Below, in pieces: positions 62,550 to 64,000 of a stretch of 64,000 bases of DNA (positions within the stretch are counted from its first letter, which is position 1; the number at the start of each line of letters is the position of its first letter). The notes beneath the pieces are model-generated. The model made no database searches, was not told the DNA's origin, and saw only the letters and a program-made list of their open reading frames with translations. The DNA is from Blasia pusilla (Eukaryota), in assembly GCA_050084515.1 (NCBI GenBank), contig CM114271.1, forward strand, positions 8,370,001 through 8,434,000, read 5' to 3'. The position numbers and the translations under genes were made by a program.

Positions 62550-64000
62550 TATAATGTACAACTCTAGGAAAGAGGTACTCTTTGTATTGCAAAGTACTAA
62601 GTTCGTTCCCAAGAGACCACCGTTTCTGCATAAAGAGAGGTTTTATAAGAAATAACAAGATTAACTCCTTCTTCAATGATTTTACTGACTAACTACAATG
62701 ACACTATCTTTACAAGTACAAAAGAATAATAGGATTTTCTTCCCTCTTAGAAAAGAGTCTTCTCAATTGCACACAAAGACTCTTTCGAATTTGCAATAAC
62801 AAAGCTCCACGAAGACCTCAAAGAGACCTCAAGAATGGGGGCTCACTCTACTTAGGTTGATGGAGCCCTTATCCGTGGGGGGCCCATGGCCACGTCCATA
62901 AGGCAGGCTTCGTCCCCATTGAGCGGGATCAAGCCTGCGCAGGATCTGTATGGCGGGCTCGCACAAGGCTTGCATGGTGGCCTGGAGGCGGGTTCAAGGC
63001 CCGCAAAAGATGGGTGCAAGGCCCGCCCGCAAGGAGTATGGCAGGCTTGAGGCCCGTAACGGACGTGCATGGCGGGCCGAGGGCAAGCTCCTCCTTGCAT
63101 GAGACGTGAGCGTAGGCTTGATCCCGCTCTGAATCTGTCATAGCAGGTTACTCACTGTTTAACTGCTTTCCTACGCTCTTCTTAATTATCTTATGGATTT
63201 CCAAAACTACGAGACTCAACTCTCATTCCTACTGCAGCCCAATAGGATCCACATTCAATTCCGCACATCAGAAAGCATGAGAAAAGACTCTTCTTGTGCA
63301 TCAAAGAGTGGAAAGAACTAGAAAGTATTACAAGCTTCAAAAAGTAAAAGACTCTTAAGCTTGGATCATCCCTTGACAACCTATTCACACAATCCTCACA
63401 AGTATTGGAAATTCCAGACTCCAGGGAATTATCCCTCTTCATCTGCTCAGTCACAAGTATTTGGAAGATTCAAGACACCAGGGAATGACCCCTTCTTCTA
63501 CTAATGTGCTCTTTAAATAGTCTTTACAATTTCTGAATGATCTTCCTATTCTAATCTAGAATTCTAATTGATAATCCTTACCTACCCTATTAATATTCCC
63601 AACCCTCCATCTTCCCTAGACGGTTGGTTGCTCTGGCGATTCATTTCAGCTCCCTTTAAACTGTTGCGCTGCTCCATTTTCGGCTTTCAAAACCGCCATG
63701 ATGGTTCATTCTTCACAGTTTTTGTAGTCCTTATCTTCACTATCCTATCTTCACGCCAAGACTCTTATCCTTTTGTCATCGCAAAGAGTCATCCTTTCTA
63801 CTTTCTTTCAATCCGCTGCCTTCAAAGCATTTCCTATCTTTCTATTCCTATCCTTCATACACCTTTCCGCGTCCTGAAGACTCTTTGACCTCTTCCGCTT
63901 CTTTGAGTTCTTAGTCCTTGCTCTTGAGTCTTCGCTCTTTATTCTTCATTCTTTGTACCCAGTCTTTGCACAAAGACTACCTTCATTCTTCTTTACAAAG
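62550..64000 (-). repeat. LTR related to element B LTR, inverted, running off the window end
   Basis: Reverse complement aligns with about 53750-54842 (shared blocks such as ctaagttcgttcccaag, ggttttataagaaat, ccgcacatcagaaagcatgaga); carries a GC-rich insert at about 62856-63129. Confidence 0.88.

Overview
Eukaryotic nuclear DNA, most likely from a non-seed land plant (inferred from the plant-type proteins and retroelement lineages; the species cannot be named from sequence alone). It holds two divergently oriented housekeeping genes. CBP80/ABH1 is on the minus strand, with 15 exons in the window and its 3' end off the left edge. On the plus strand is a single uninterrupted CDS fusing methylthioribose-1-phosphate isomerase (MTI/MtnA) to methylthioribose kinase (MTK/MtnK). 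The rest is mostly nested, decayed LTR retrotransposons: two copies of one Ty1/copia family, two Athila-like Ty3/gypsy elements plus an inverted LTR, two chromoviruses and a fungal-type gypsy RT fragment. The most striking feature is a Ty3/gypsy family, present as two degenerate copies, whose pol reads protease - DNMT3-like C5-cytosine methyltransferase - RT - RNase H - integrase - PHD finger; one copy is split by an inversion. Also notable is a truncated copia element that hit CBP80 exon 2 and is flanked by a 161-bp duplication that restores the exon. All family assignments come from motif recognition by eye, not database searches.
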